A stretch of 63,353 nucleotides of DNA, filler included, from Octopus bimaculoides (GCF_001194135.2; 7 parts of 7 records of this genome joined end to end with filler, not necessarily neighbours in it); one strand, 5' to 3'; counted from the first letter of the whole stretch, positions 40,701 through 54,068 are shown. The notes: generated by a model not told the origin, from the letters alone. Made by a program: numbers and translations.

Positions 40701-42735
40701 CAGATAGGTAGATCTGAGTGAAGTATTATGTATATTTACGACCACATTTGAATTCAACATTTTCGGTACTTTCTACTGAAATTGTTGTTATGCACAGAAA
40801 AGTTCTATGATTAAATATTAAATATTTAGATGGAATATATGTAATCTATATTATCTTAATTCCAAGGTGAAATGTTGGGTGCTTTAGTTCTGAAGAAATT
40901 GAACATATTCGATCTTTTACAATGGGAACCTTGTAAAACAATATACTCTTAGAGGTTACACTTTTCTAAACTTCAATAACAATGCTTAATATAACTTATG
41001 AAATGTATATATTTTCTAGTTGAATGAAATGAGATGAATTAAAAAAATATAGGAAATAGATTTTGTATGAATGGGTTTGATATATATTTATTTTACTTTA
41101 ATATGACATTATAAACAACATCAACATGTACATCACACATTATTCGTAACACATTTCTTATAAATACTGGTTGAGACATGACGAGCAACAAAAATATTTT
41201 TCGTATGTTATGGCAGCACAAAAGTGTATTCATGCCAAGGAAATGTAGGCCACTATCTTTACAATTCTCCTTCGACTAGTTGTATCAGTTTAAAATTAAT
41301 GTTCATTCTTCTCGCGTCACGAAGAAGTTCTCAAAGCAATTTTTGAAATACAATGTTGTATTGATGCAAATTTTGAATGAAGTCAATTTGCACATGTCTG
41401 GAAAAGGTTTCATTGTCGTAACCATCATTTCAGATAGAAGCAAGGAGATTCTCAAATGCAAGCGAAGATGCTACATTTTTCCTTCTTTTTCCCCAGTCTC
41501 TTTGAAAGGTCTTTACAATGCTATTTTCTCTGAGCATTTTCTTCCCGTTGTCTTTCATTTGTTTCCTTAGTTGACTTCTTTTTTAATATCAAAGCTATTG
41601 AGACTGTCTGCTTTAGCTCAAACTATTTGAATTATACAACTTCGTGTTGATGTGAACTGTTAATATCTGATATATCTCCTTTCCAAAATAAAACACGGGT
41701 TTGATTAAATTTTTTTTTTTTTTTTAGTTACTTCAGAATTGTATCTTTTAGGGTTTGTGAATGTACGTTTACTCACACCTATCCCAATTAGCAGCAAGGA
41801 TTTCTTCAATTCACTCACAAACCAACCCACACACACATTCACACACACGCGCACACACGCTTAAATGTAACCACATGTAACTCGGTGGCCATCTGTCTTG
41901 CTTTTCTCTTGAATATTCCTCTGTCTCCTGTTTCTAAAGAAGAGCTTTGCTCAAAACGCAAAACCACCTTTTTTTTTCTTCGTCCTCTCGCGTTGTTGCG
42001 TTTTTCTTGNNNNNNNNNNNNNNNNNNNNNNNNNNNNNNNNNNNNNNNNNNNNNNNNNNNNNNNNNNNNNNNNNNNNNNNNNNNNNNNNNNNNNNNNNNN
42101 NNNNNNNNNNNNNNNNNNNNNNNNNNNNNNNNNNNNNNNNNNNNNNNNNNNNNNNNNNNNNNNNNNNNNNNNNNNNNNNNNNNNNNNNNNNNNNNNNNNN
42201 NNNNNNNNNNNNNNNNNNNNNNNNNNNNNNNNNNNNNNNNNNNNNNNNNNNNNNNNNNNNNNNNNNNNNNNNNNNNNNNNNNNNNNNNNNNNNNNNNNNN
42301 NNNNNNNNNNNNNNNNNNNNNNNNNNNNNNNNNNNNNNNNNNNNNNNNNNNNNNNNNNNNNNNNNNNNNNNNNNNNNNNNNNNNNNNNNNNNNNNNNNNN
42401 NNNNNNNNNNNNNNNNNNNNNNNNNNNNNNNNNNNNNNNNNNNNNNNNNNNNNNNNNNNNNNNNNNNNNNNNNNNNNNNNNNNNNNNNNNNNNNNNNNNN
42501 NNNNNNNNNNNNNNNNNNNNNNNNNNNNNNNNNNNNNNNNNNNNNNNNNNNNNNNNNNNNNNNNNNNNNNNNNNNNNNNNNNNNNNNNNNNNNNNNNNNN
42601 NNNNNNNNNNNNNNNNNNNNNNNNNNNNNNNNNNNNNNNNNNNNNNNNNNNNNNNNNNNNNNNNNNNNNNNNNNNNNNNNNNNNNNNNNNNNNNNNNNNN
42701 NNNNNNNNNNNNNNNNNNNNNNNNNNNNNNNNNNN

Positions 42736-42771
<36 letters not shown>

Positions 42772-44499
42772 CTGTTAGAACACAATGTACAGTATGTTGA
42801 TACTTAATTTAAACATAAAAGATTAAATTTAAAATACTTTCATCTCATATGAGCTAGACATATCACCAGCTGCTCCCGTCCGACTTATTTAATTATAAAC
42901 ACATACATATATATTAGACATAAATTATTACAAACAAATGTGATACACCGATATTTGATAGAACCGTCGAGTGGTTTTCGAAAACTAATTTATAAAATAA
43001 ATATTTATAAATTGTTTACATGACATTATTTCAGAAAAATCGCTAGTTAGATCTACGCAGAAATTGTTTAAACACTAACCAAAGAGCCCGTTGTGCCCGT
43101 CGCGTTCATTTTAAAAGACACACTATAATGATATTTCTACATTTATTTATTTATGAATGCCTCATAAATCCTATATATCCTATGTATCCTATATAAAACC
43201 CGCCTTTTTCATAGATATATAGGGATAAACCATCTTCTATGTGCTGTCCAGAATACATGAGGTGTTCGTGTGGTATGTTGATTTTTTGTTTTTATTTCTA
43301 TGTGTTTTGACTATACTATACTGACGAGTGAAGATTATATATTACTATAATGATCAAGAAATCGGCGATCTATAGTTCAGTTTGTTTTTAAAAGGCTAGC
43401 TTCTTTGAAGGCTGCATTTCCTCGCATTCGGTAAAAATGTGTTTATTACGGTAGTTAACGTGAGGCATTCTTGTATAGTTATGCCCTTATATATATATAT
43501 ATATATATATATATNNNNNNNNNNNNNNNNNNNNNNNNNNNNNNNNNNNNNNNNNNNNNNNNNNNNNNNNNNNNNNNNNNNNNNNNNNNNNNNNNNNNNN
43601 NNNNNNNNNNNNNNNNNNNNNNNNNNNNNNNNNNNNNNNNNNNNNNNNNNNNNNNNNNNNNNNNNNNNNNNNNNNNNNNNNNNNNNNNNNNNNNNNNNNN
43701 NNNNNNNNNNNNNNNNNNNNNNNNNNNNNNNNNNNNNNNNNNNNNNNNNAATAGATAAATATGATTTAAGGAAAAACGATAGATTTTTTCCCTATGAATT
43801 TTTTTCACGATAACTACTTGATAAATTCTTATATAAGAGTTCATCCTATTATTGTATTTATTTATTTATGTTTAGTCATTTTTTGTTTTACTTTCTTTAT
43901 TCTTTGATTTATTCGATAAAATAATGTCAGGGATTTGCGTTGTCTAACCCCAAATCAAGCTTCAATAAAGAAACTCAAGTTGTGAGACATTTCATCCGCG
44001 ACATTTTAGGTGTTATAAGAGACTATAATCTCCACCGTGTTGTGTGTTGTGTCCTTTCTTATAACAAGTTGGAATCGAAGAAAATTTAATTAGTAATTCT
44101 AAGCTGTCGTTGAGTGTATGTGTATGTATATATATATCATATGATAAGACAAGCAATAGAATAAGAAGCTTTGGTAAAACATTATTGAGCCCAATATCAA
44201 TATGTGAAGTGTATTTTAATATGTGAATATCGAAGGATCAGACTGATTCCAGTTGTCATAAATTATGATGTTAAAACCTCAGGCATTTTCCTTGATACGA
44301 ATACCAGTTATCGCACACTGTATATGAATTGTTATGATATATAGCGTTGGAAAAATATATATTTTATGTTGTGTTTTCCGGTGAATTTAAAGTGCATCGA
44401 GTCGTAATTTGAATATATAGAGGAGTATAGTGTGAAGGAAAGAAAACCAAGAGCGGCGTTTAGAGTTGGGAACAAAGATAAAAGAATAAAGTAATATGA

Positions 44500-44657
44500 A
44501 AAGACATGGCGCGTCACCTTCGAAGAAGATCTGAAGCAGATTATCCTCATCTGGAGAAATGCAGGCAGCTCTCAAAACCAGGACTATTGGAGACGTCTTG
44601 TTGCCCGATGTCTAGAACAACTGCGTGGGAAGAACTAAAACTAAAACTAAAACTAAG
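44500..44657 (+). mobile_element. RTE-type LINE extreme 3' end with (CTAAAA)n tail
   Basis: KTWRVTFEEDLK...W...QDYWRRLVARC, then ACTAAAACTAAAACTAAAACTAA. Confidence 0.7.
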
Positions 44658-46059
44658 GGGAAGAGGGTGATGAGGAATAGAAAAGTTTAAATATATGTTT
44701 ACATTGCAAACTTACAGTGGAAAATTTAAGGAGATGAATTACCAGTTGAGGAGCCCTAGTACTTATCATCCTCACGAGTTCCATCCTATGTTCATGAAGA
44801 TAATTATTTCTTAAGGGTCCGGCCCCGTAGCCATAATTATCTACTACAGGATGTAGCGACTTACCAGATATAGATGCTCCGAAAACTGTCAACAATTCTA
44901 GAAGTTTGTAGCAGTGTATTTAACCTACATGTAAGGTACAGATTTTAAAGTGATAGGCTCAACCCGGTAAACATACCTTGGTGAAAGCTACCTACCCATA
45001 GGCACCAAAGAAATATCAACGCACTCTACGAATTGCTTTCGACAAATCAGTCAAATTTCCGTCAGATTGACTTCTGTTCTTTTAAAGAAACAGAGGTAGA
45101 TTATCTATTTTTATATTTACTTAAATAAATGTGAAGGTCACTGTTTTAATATCTGACATGTGATGAGAAAAGCATAGCAACAATTTATATTTTACTTTCT
45201 CTAGCTGTTCACTTTCAATCGAAATATACTGCTTACGAATATGATTTTGACTTAGAAGGCATCATTCGGCTAAGACTCTCATATATTAAAATGAAGGAGT
45301 CACTTTTATTGTTTGTTTCCTCACCTATTTCGGTATTGTTTAACATCATTGCTGTTAATGTTATAAACGAATCTAGAAAACTGTCACATTTAAAGAGACG
45401 GTTCTGAAATAGAATTTCATACTCAATTCTGTACATAGATTAGAAGCATCAATTACTGTTGCCATATATTAGTTAATATCCATTGTCTTCATTGCGATTG
45501 TTTTAATTATTACTACTTGCATTATTGTAATGATTAATGATCAGTGTGTTAATTGCTGTTATAATTTAAGAATACGGTAACATCAATTGTTGCTACTCTC
45601 CGAGAACGATGTGAATAATTACTATAATCCTGTTAATTAAGATGCAGTTGATAATAAAATATATTAATCGTCCCATTGGCAGACGGAACGGGCATTCGTA
45701 CAGTTAAGTAGGTGTAAACGATTGAGTTTGCAGTAGAATATAACTTGAGACAATGGCTGAGCCTTGCTCACAGATCAAAGAGAAACTGAAGAGAAACGGC
45801 CTATACTGGTTAATCCAAAGTCTTATTGTGTTAGACAAAATAGAAGGAACAACAATACTGGTTTCTAAGTTAGTCACATGAATAGCAATTTTGAGTAAGG
45901 ACTAAGTGGAATCAAATCAAAATATTTGGTCTGTCAAATGCCAAAATGTTTGTATCTTGTCCTTTCAATTTCCTTTCATCTCTTAAACCGCTGCAAATAA
46001 AATCATTCAATACTCCACTAATCTGGAGTATTACTCTCCACAATAGATAATTAATGATG

Positions 46060-46424
46060 GTAGCAATGCTGATCATGAGCAGAGGTAGTGGGGGAGCATC
46101 AAGGCCATGTGTTGAGAGGACTTCTTTGGGATTTGAATAATTCACCTTTGGAAACAAGGTTGTTTTGCTCAACATCTTTAAACAAACCTTATTCGGGGAC
46201 CTTTTGAGTGAGATGGGCTACTCGACTTGAAGAAAATTCTAACTGGGCCCCACCTGCGAGTTCATGCGCTGTTTATTTTGATATGGGATCACCATATCGC
46301 GCACATATGGTTGTAATGCATGTGCCTGGTGTACCCTTATCACACGGGTAGTCATGATGGGTATACTGGGCTTCGTATATTTTACCCCAGTGTCACTTTG
46401 ATGGCATGCACTGCTCTGTCACTA
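46060..46424 (+). repeat. 'X' interspersed repeat ending in (TAA)n
   Basis: 46284-46424 is homologous to 17251-17398; the upstream extent is estimated. Confidence 0.65.
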
Positions 46425-46442
46425 AATAATAATAATAATAAT

Positions 46443-46472
<30 letters not shown>

Positions 46473-46476
<4 letters not shown>

Positions 46477-46731
46477 CAATTCCTATCATAGTAGGTGCCA
46501 TAGGTATAATAAAAAAATATTCAGACAAATACATAACAAAAATACCAGGACTTACAAATATATATAACATACAGAAAATTGCACTACTGGGTACTGCACA
46601 CATTCTACGCAAAACACTTTCAATACAGTAAACATAAGAGCACCACAGCAAACCACAGCACATACCCAAGGCGCACAGAGCTGCGCTCGGTAGTGAAGTG
46701 AAAGCACGTTATAAAAATAAAACTACTGAAC
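46473..46731 (+). mobile_element. R4/Dong lineage 1, 3' end (copy 3), flanked by (AAT)n
   Basis: KTIPIIVGAIGIIKKYSDKYITKIPGLTNIYNIQKIALLGTAHILRKTLSIQ* plus the same 3'UTR. Confidence 0.9.
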
Positions 46732-46793
<62 letters not shown>

Positions 46794-47061
46794 CAACAAC
46801 AACAACAACAACCTCGATAAATACCTTAGGAAGGAGAACCCAGGTTCGAAATTGCACCAAGGCACCTGAAGAAGACAGGAGGGTATATCAGCCGAAATGT
46901 TGAGGACAAATATGCGTGAATAATGTGAATAATGTACATAATTCCTCATCTGTTAAATAATGGTTGAAATTTGTTTCGCTTATAAGAGTTACGAAATTGT
47001 ACATGCATTAGAAGACATGAAAGAATCTCTTGTTTCAATTCTTCAGACAGAGAATCAAATA

Positions 47062-47342
47062 CAGTAATCCCTCGCTATATCGCGGTTCGCCAATCGCAGT
47101 TCTCCTATCACGGTTCACTTATCGCAGTTCGCCTATCACGGTTGACTTATCGCTGCATATTATTTCAACTTACGTTGACTCCTCTGTGGTGTTGTTTTGC
47201 ATTTATAATAAAATAAATATATACAAATTATAAAAAATAATAAAAAGGTAAAAAACAATACAGTACTCTTTCTACTTCACCGATTTTCACCTATCGCAGC
47301 GGGTTTTGAAACATAACACCCGCGATAGTCGAGCGATTACTG
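47062..47342. mobile_element. Tigger/pogo-like MITE
   Basis: TA|CAGTAATCCCTCGCTATATCGCGG ... CCGCGATAGTCGAGCGATTACTG|TA; internal CTATCGCxGTTC repeats. Confidence 0.85.
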
Positions 47343-47637
47343 TAATACAAACTTTCGCTTGGATGAAGCGTTTATGCATGGATTTTGTAATCAGGATTAC
47401 TTTACATAGTCAGAAGAGAGCAAAACATAACACGTAAGACAGGAAAGATACGACGGGGGAGAAGGGTTATAGACTGAAGTAAAAAATTGTACACTTATAC
47501 TCAATTATGCACATTCACACTCAGACACACACACACACATATATTTATACATACATATATATGTGTGTGCGTGTGTGTGTGAGTTTATGTGCGTTTGTAT
47601 GTGTGTGTGCAAAAAATATTCACATACGTTATATATA

Positions 47638-47832
47638 CAGTAATCCCTCAACTACCGCGGGTATTACGTTCCAAAAGCCCCCCGTGCGTATATCTGGGAA
47701 GTAAAAACAGTACTGAATTTTTTTTTAAATTTATAATTTGTATATATTTACTTTATTATAAATGCAAAACAAATCGAGAGAGGACTCGACGTGAGCTTAA
47801 ATGATAAACCGTGATATGGCAAGGGATTACTT
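47638..47832. mobile_element. Second Tigger-like MITE with the same TIR type
   Basis: TA|CAGTAATCCCTC ... AAGGGATTACTT|TA. Confidence 0.7.
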
Positions 47833-48354
47833 TATATATATATATATATATAATGTATACGTATATCGTATGTGTATGCGTGTGTATATATACAAAAGAG
47901 TGTGTGCATGCATGAATACNNNNNNNNNNNNNNNNNNNNNNNNNNNNNNNNNNNNNNNNNNNNNNNNNNNNNNNNNNNNNNNNNNNNNNNNNNNNNNNNN
48001 NNNNNNNNNNNNNNNNNNNNNNNNNNNNNNNNNNNNNNNNNNNNNNNNNNNNNNNNNNNNNNNNNNNNNNNNNNNNNNNNNNNNNNNNNNNNNNNNNNNN
48101 NNNNNNNNNNNNNNNNNNNNNNNNNNNNNNNNNNNNNNNNNNNNNNNNNNNNNNNNNNNNNNNNNNNNNNNNNNNNNNNNNNNNNNNNNNNNNNNNNNNN
48201 NNNNNNNNNNNNNNNNNNNNNNNNNNNNNNNNNNNNNNNNNNNNNNNNNNNNNNNNNNNNNNNNNNNNNNNNNNNNNNNNNNNNNNNNNNNNNNNNNNNN
48301 NNNNNNNNNNNNNNNNNNNNNNNNNNNNNNNNNNNNNNNNNNNNNNNNNNNNNN

Positions 48355-48388
<34 letters not shown>

Positions 48389-49371
48389 TAATGTATACGT
48401 ATATCGTATGTGTATGCGTGTGTATATATACAAAAGAGTGTGTGCATGCATGAATACGCACACATACACACACATACGCATACTCACGCACACATACGTA
48501 TATATATATTTGAGAGAGAGGGAGAATTTAATTAGAGGAAGGGTGTTAGTGAGAGATAAGTAGAAGAAAGGACATGAAAGGGATTTCTATATTAAATTGT
48601 GGATTGGCGTTAACACAATGGACTTATATGAAAACTACTCCGAATTAAACTAAATATTTTTATGCAAAGACTGTATAGTTTAACATATAGAATATAATTT
48701 TCTTATCAATATACGAATAATTTACGCATTTTACCTGTAGTTATCCATGTCGTGTGGTGTAATATTATAATTCGCGTATAACGTATTTCTTTAATGGATT
48801 TATTACGGATTTGCTGGATTTAAACATAAGGTTTCCGATAACAAATAATTGATTCTGTTGAAAAGAACTTCCCTGCTACTATCAGTTTGTAAGGAGTCAT
48901 GAAACAGGAATTAATGGGTTTGTTTCGTTATGTATTTGATGCGCAGATGAAATTCTATAAATGCAGGAATCCAATATCTGTGCTTATTACCTTGCTTATT
49001 CTGTAATTATCAATATCTTGTAATGGATTATTAGCTGTATTAAGAACATTATGAGTCTAAGAAAGTAGGATTATGGCGTTAACGTCCTTCTAAATGATAT
49101 AACAAACAACTGTCAAATAGTGGAATTACAAATTTGGATCGTGTTGCATAATTTCCTTTTATTTCATTCTGTTCTCTGGTGCCCACCTTTATTTACCATC
49201 GCATGCAATCTGCCGACAATCTATTATGATTCTCCGTACGAAATAGCGCTTGCTGTATTATTGGAAGTTAATTGATTTTCTTAACTGGTTTCTGCCCTCA
49301 GTTGATGTACTCCTGTCCCTGTCATGCATCTCCTGTCACATCATGTTATGAATAGCTACATACACAAGAAT

Positions 49372-49525
49372 GGCTGTGTGGTAAGTAGCTTGCTTACCAA
49401 TCACATGCTTTTGGGTTCAGTCCCACTGCGTGGCACTTTGGGCATGTGTCTTTTACTATAGGACCGAGCCGACCAAAACTTTGTGAGTGGATTTGGTAGA
49501 CGGAAACTGAAAGAAGCCCGTCGTA
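49372..49525 (+). mobile_element. SINE family B, 5' part
   Basis: GTGGTAAGTAGCTTGCTT...GGAAACTGAAAGAAGCCCGTCG. Confidence 0.85.
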
Positions 49526-49714
49526 TATATATATATGTATATGCATATATATGCATATACATATTGCTCGACTGAAACAATTAAAAGAGTATACCTATTA
49601 TATGTGTCGTATACATACACTTTATGCATACTGATGTTTCGTGCCATCTGATGACTGGATACAGGATATGTTTTACTTACTAAGCTTCCAATATTTTGGG
49701 AACATTTTCAAATT

Positions 49715-50195
49715 TTATTTTGTTAAGGTTATATTTCTACAAAAAATATAGACAGCGCTGAGTTTTTGTTACGACGCTTCATATCGAGATGTCAGATATA
49801 AACTAACAATGAGATCGGAGAAAAAAATGGATAATGAGAGTATATGTCATATTTGAGGGCTGGGGTTAGCCCCATCATCAGCACTAATGTAACCCACTCT
49901 TGCCTCCGAACACATTGTTTATATAGCCACAGCATTCAGCCGTGTAAAGTTTAATATGTAATTTGGTATGTCCAATAATTTTAGACCGCTGTATGTGATG
50001 GCTATATAAACAATGTGTTTGGAGGCAAGAGTGGATTAGACGAGTGCTGATGAAGGGGCAAAACCCCCCCAAATATGGCATATACACTCATTACCCATTT
50101 TTGTCTCCGATCTCATTATTTGTTTACATCTGACGTCTCGATACGAAACATTGTAGCAAAAAATCATTGCTGTAAAAATAACCTTAACAAAATAA
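49715..50195. mobile_element. Foldback element with arms of about 200-225 bp and a short spacer
   Basis: The arms align as reverse complements from TTATTTTGTTAAGGTTAT to ACACATTGTTTATATAGCCA. Confidence 0.85.
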
Positions 50196-50299
50196 TGTAA
50201 AGACCACTGCTAACATTTAATACACTTTATAGAATATGGTTGCATAATGTAATTTCACGTGCCTACAAGACTTTAACATTTTCAAACCAGTATAGGCTT

Positions 50300-50810
50300 C
50301 ATTGCATCAATATCTCTTCCGCGTTAAGGGGCTTCGTTTTCTCTAATGTGAGATTGTTTTCGACAGTCTCTCGGTCTGATGTTTATGATCCCTCTGAATG
50401 TCTCATCAAGTATACATGCAGTTTCGAATCTGTTCTACACAATAAGTTGGATAATACTACTGCTTGGAAGTCATTGCATTTCACTACGAACAAAACGATC
50501 TTGTCATTCAAAAATTGTACCCTCAAGATTGGGAATTCCAAGATGCTTCTTGCACATTCTAGGATCTAGTTTGTCTCTGTGGCTACCATCATTACCAATC
50601 GTACTGTCGAGATAGCTAAACTGGTTGTTCTTTGCAAAATGCTGCCCATTGATAAGGATTACACCTTTAATAAAAAAAAATTACCACCATTGTTCCTTGT
50701 ATTAACTTTCGTTTCAATGTTTACGGTTATGTCGTTGAATGCATCCAACCTGCTCTGAATATCCTCTGCACTACGGAAGCCCACAGTGCGATCATCTTGC
50801 AAAACATTTC
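50300..50810 (-). pseudogene. Degraded RTE-type reverse transcriptase C-terminal fragment
   Basis: SAEDIQSRLDAF...ILINGQ...FSYLDSTIGNDGS. Confidence 0.7.
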
Positions 50811-51647
50811 TTTATTAACACATGTGTGACGTCATTCCTAGATTTGTATCATTGGCTGCATGAGTATGTATACATATTCACACACACACACACATACACA
50901 CAAACACAAACAAACACACACATACATATACACACACATATGTACAATATATATATATATGTGTGTGTATGTGTATGTATGTATGTGTCACCTACCAACC
51001 TTCCATCCTGGCCCTCCAACGCACCGTTCTCCGAGCCTTCCGGTGACTCCAGTCCGACCCCTCCACTTCGCACATCTTCCCAACCTACCCATCCTCTTCT
51101 CTCTTCATCTAACACCTACTTCCTCTCTTCACACCTACTCGCCTTCTCTCTTCGTTGATACCACCAACACCCCCTCCCCACCCTACCATCCACACCTCAC
51201 TACTACCGATGCGCTCCGCCCCACACCCACATCCCAAACCTACACCCCACATAACACCTTCGGCCTTCTTTTTAGGTGCAAAATATAACTGTCACGTGAT
51301 ACTAACGCACGAACGTAGCGGGAAACATACAAAAGGTTATAAACTTAATCATGTGTTCATTCTCTACAAACACTTGACAGAAAACAATCAGAGCATTGAT
51401 TGCTTGAATATGTTCAGAGTTAACCGTGTCAGCCTTAACTCACAACGCCAAACATCGTTACTGGATATCAATACACAGTAGTTTCTAAGACCAGTCACGT
51501 GACTCTCCTCTACCAATCAAATATTATTCAAGGCATATACTAATTTGAGCCATACAACACTTATTAAAAGCAAGACATTTGTGACATAAGCCACGTCTTT
51601 CTATCTGAACTTTTTGAAAATCAGTGTAAACTGGGAAACCGGTTTCA

Positions 51648-51956
51648 GCAGTAGAAAACATAAAAACAAACCCCAAGGCTTTCTATAGATTTGCAAAAGA
51701 GACTGCTACGGTACAGTATAAGATAGGACCCCTATTCCTGCCTAATGGCTCACTGACTGCAGATCCCACATGGATAAGTGAAGTGCTCAGTACACAATTC
51801 AAGAGTGTCTTCATTTCTCCTCTGAGTCACATGCAGATAAAGAACCCAGCTGATTTCTTTGACAATAGCACTCAGCAGAAAAAAACTGCATCCATTACCT
51901 ACATCGACATTGAAGAGAAAGATGTGATAGCTGCCATAAATGAAATGAGCTCAAAT
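51648..51956 (+). mobile_element. CR1/L2-type LINE ORF2 fragment (region between endonuclease and RT), truncated by a gap
   Basis: Open frame NIKTNPKAFYRFAK...IGPL...ISEVLSTQFKSVF...IDIEEKDVIAAINEMSSN. Confidence 0.8.
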
Positions 51957-52056
51957 NNNNNNNNNNNNNNNNNNNNNNNNNNNNNNNNNNNNNNNNNNNN
52001 TTAATTAATTAANNNNNNNNNNNNNNNNNNNNNNNNNNNNNNNNNNNNNNNNNNNN

Positions 52057-52507
52057 TTCCTGCATCGTACCTGGCCGTGTCTGTTTTACCTGGACCTTCA
52101 GATCTACATTGTCCAGCGCATCAATGAACTGTTCTTTCATAAGAAGAGACAATAGGTCGGGGGTCGCTGTCGGGTATGCCTTGTGTACTGTGCTTTCCAA
52201 ATCCTGGGCAAGCTGCTGTAGAGGCTCCCCTCGCGCTCTAACAACGGTGCGAAAGCATGCCCTGTACATTTCGCTCTGGCACATAGTTCCATATTTCCTC
52301 TCGAGAACTTCAACTAGCACCGAGTATCGACCCCTGTCTGCTTTCGACAGCTGGTCCAACACCTCCAGTGCAGGACCCCTCAGACTAGTGGCAAGCTGAA
52401 CGGTTCTTTGCCCTTCGTCCCAGTCATTTTGGTCCGCCGGCATCTCGAACTGAATTCTGTAGGATTCCCACGACACCTTGCCATCAAACACCTGTGGCTT
52501 CTTCCTA
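52057..52507 (-). mobile_element. Ty3/Gypsy Gag (capsid) fragment between gaps
   Basis: KPQVFDGKVSWESYRIQFE...W...QLATSLRGPALEVL...RARGEPLQQLAQDLE...KAYP...EQFIDAL. Confidence 0.85.
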
Positions 52508-53431
52508 NNNNNNNNNNNNNNNNNNNNNNNNNNNNNNNNNNNNNNNNNNNNNNNNNNNNNNNNNNNNNNNNNNNNNNNNNNNNNNNNNNNNNNNNNNNNN
52601 NNNNNNNNNNNNNNNNNNNNNNNNNNNNNNNNNNNNNNNNNNNNNNNNNNNNNNNNNNNNNNNNNNNNNNNNNNNNNNNNNNNNNNNNNNNNNNNNNNNN
52701 NNNNNNNNNNNNNNNNNNNNNNNNNNNNNNNNNNNNNNNNNNNNNNNNNNNNNNNNNNNNNNNNNNNNNNNNNNNNNNNNNNNNNNNNNNNNNNNNNNNN
52801 NNNNNNNNNNNNNNNNNNNNNNNNNNNNNNNNNNNNNNNNNNNNNNNNNNNNNNNNNNNNNNNNNNNNNNNNNNNNNNNNNNNNNNNNNNNNNNNNNNNN
52901 NNNNNNNNNNNNNNNNNNNNNNNNNNNNNNNNNNNNNNNNNNNNNNNNNNNNNNNNNNNNNNNNNNNNNNNNNNNNNNNNNNNNNNNNNNNNNNNNNNNN
53001 NNNNNNNNNNNNNNNNNNNNNNNNNNNNNNNNNNNNNNNNNNNNNNNNNNNNNNNNNNNNNNNNNNNNNNNNNNNNNNNNNNNNNNNNNNNNNNNNNNNN
53101 NNNNNNNNNNNNNNNNNNNNNNNNNNNNNNNNNNNNNNNNNNNNNNNNNNNNNNNNNNNNNNNNNNNNNNNNNNNNNNNNNNNNNNNNNNNNNNNNNNNN
53201 NNNNNNNNNNNNNNNNNNNNNNNNNNNNNNNNNNNNNNNNNNNNNNNNNNNNNNNNNNNNNNNNNNNNNNNNNNNNNNNNNNNNNNNNNNNNNNNNNNNN
53301 NNNNNNNNNNNNNNNNNNNNNNNNNNNNNNNNNNNNNNNNNNNNNNNNNNNNNNNNNNNNNNNNNNNNNNNNNNNNNNNNNNNNNNNNNNNNNNNNNNNN
53401 NNNNNNNNNNNNNNNNNNNNNNNNNNNNNNN

Positions 53432-54068
53432 GCATAATCAAAGGTTTACAATCATTACATAAGCAAGAGTTCGTACATCAAATCCATTAAAAGTTCTTTT
53501 ACTTCTTTGTTTTCTTTTGAGTTAAACAACATATAACAAAGTTTGTTCTTTTTTTCTCTTTTAAGTTAACATCACAGTTAACAGTTCTTTTAACACATGT
53601 AATGACAAGTACATTTTTCTTGGAAGAATATTTACACAAATCTTTACCATAATAATTTCCTTTCCTTCAAAACTCTCACTATAATCCACAAGTAGTGACC
53701 AACTGACTACTACGATCTCTTGCCCGCCACACAGTTCCATCTCTCTGATTCATCTCTCTCTGAGACTCTATGCATTTCTGCTTACTCGTACCTGCTGACC
53801 ATAGGCCCTCTCTCTCAGCCTCTCTCTGTCAGACTTATCACTGTTCATCTTCACTGGCTCCTGTTCTTCATCCAACTACTGGACAGCTTCACTTCATCCA
53901 AATCCCTCGCCAACTGCTTGATGCCAACTGCTACGGCCAACTCCTGTACCCAACTGCTGATACCAACTCGGCTGGCCAACTCACCTGATACCAACTGCTG
54001 TCGCCAATTCCTGTTCTTGTATTTATCACAAATACCATAGCTCAATAGTGTTACTTTACCCCCTCCCA
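53432..54068 (-). mobile_element. Candidate LTR/leader of the adjacent Gypsy element
   Basis: Lies upstream of gag on the minus strand and has CCAACTG-type short repeats; both termini are hidden in gaps. Confidence 0.3.

Noticed and set aside
42840-43330. Possible Helitron-like non-autonomous element
   Set aside because: Only a vague resemblance at the 5' end; no convincing 3' hairpin plus CTRR terminus.
44865-44897. 33-nt minus-strand microexon candidate (TTCTAG|...|GTAAGT)
   Set aside because: Weak polypyrimidine tract and no partner exons or recognisable peptide; expected by chance without RNA-seq support.
47827-48456. Direct repeat of about 90 bp on both sides of a gap (47827-47919 and about 48368-48459)
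   Set aside because: Identical sequence flanking a gap is typical of unmerged overlapping contig ends.
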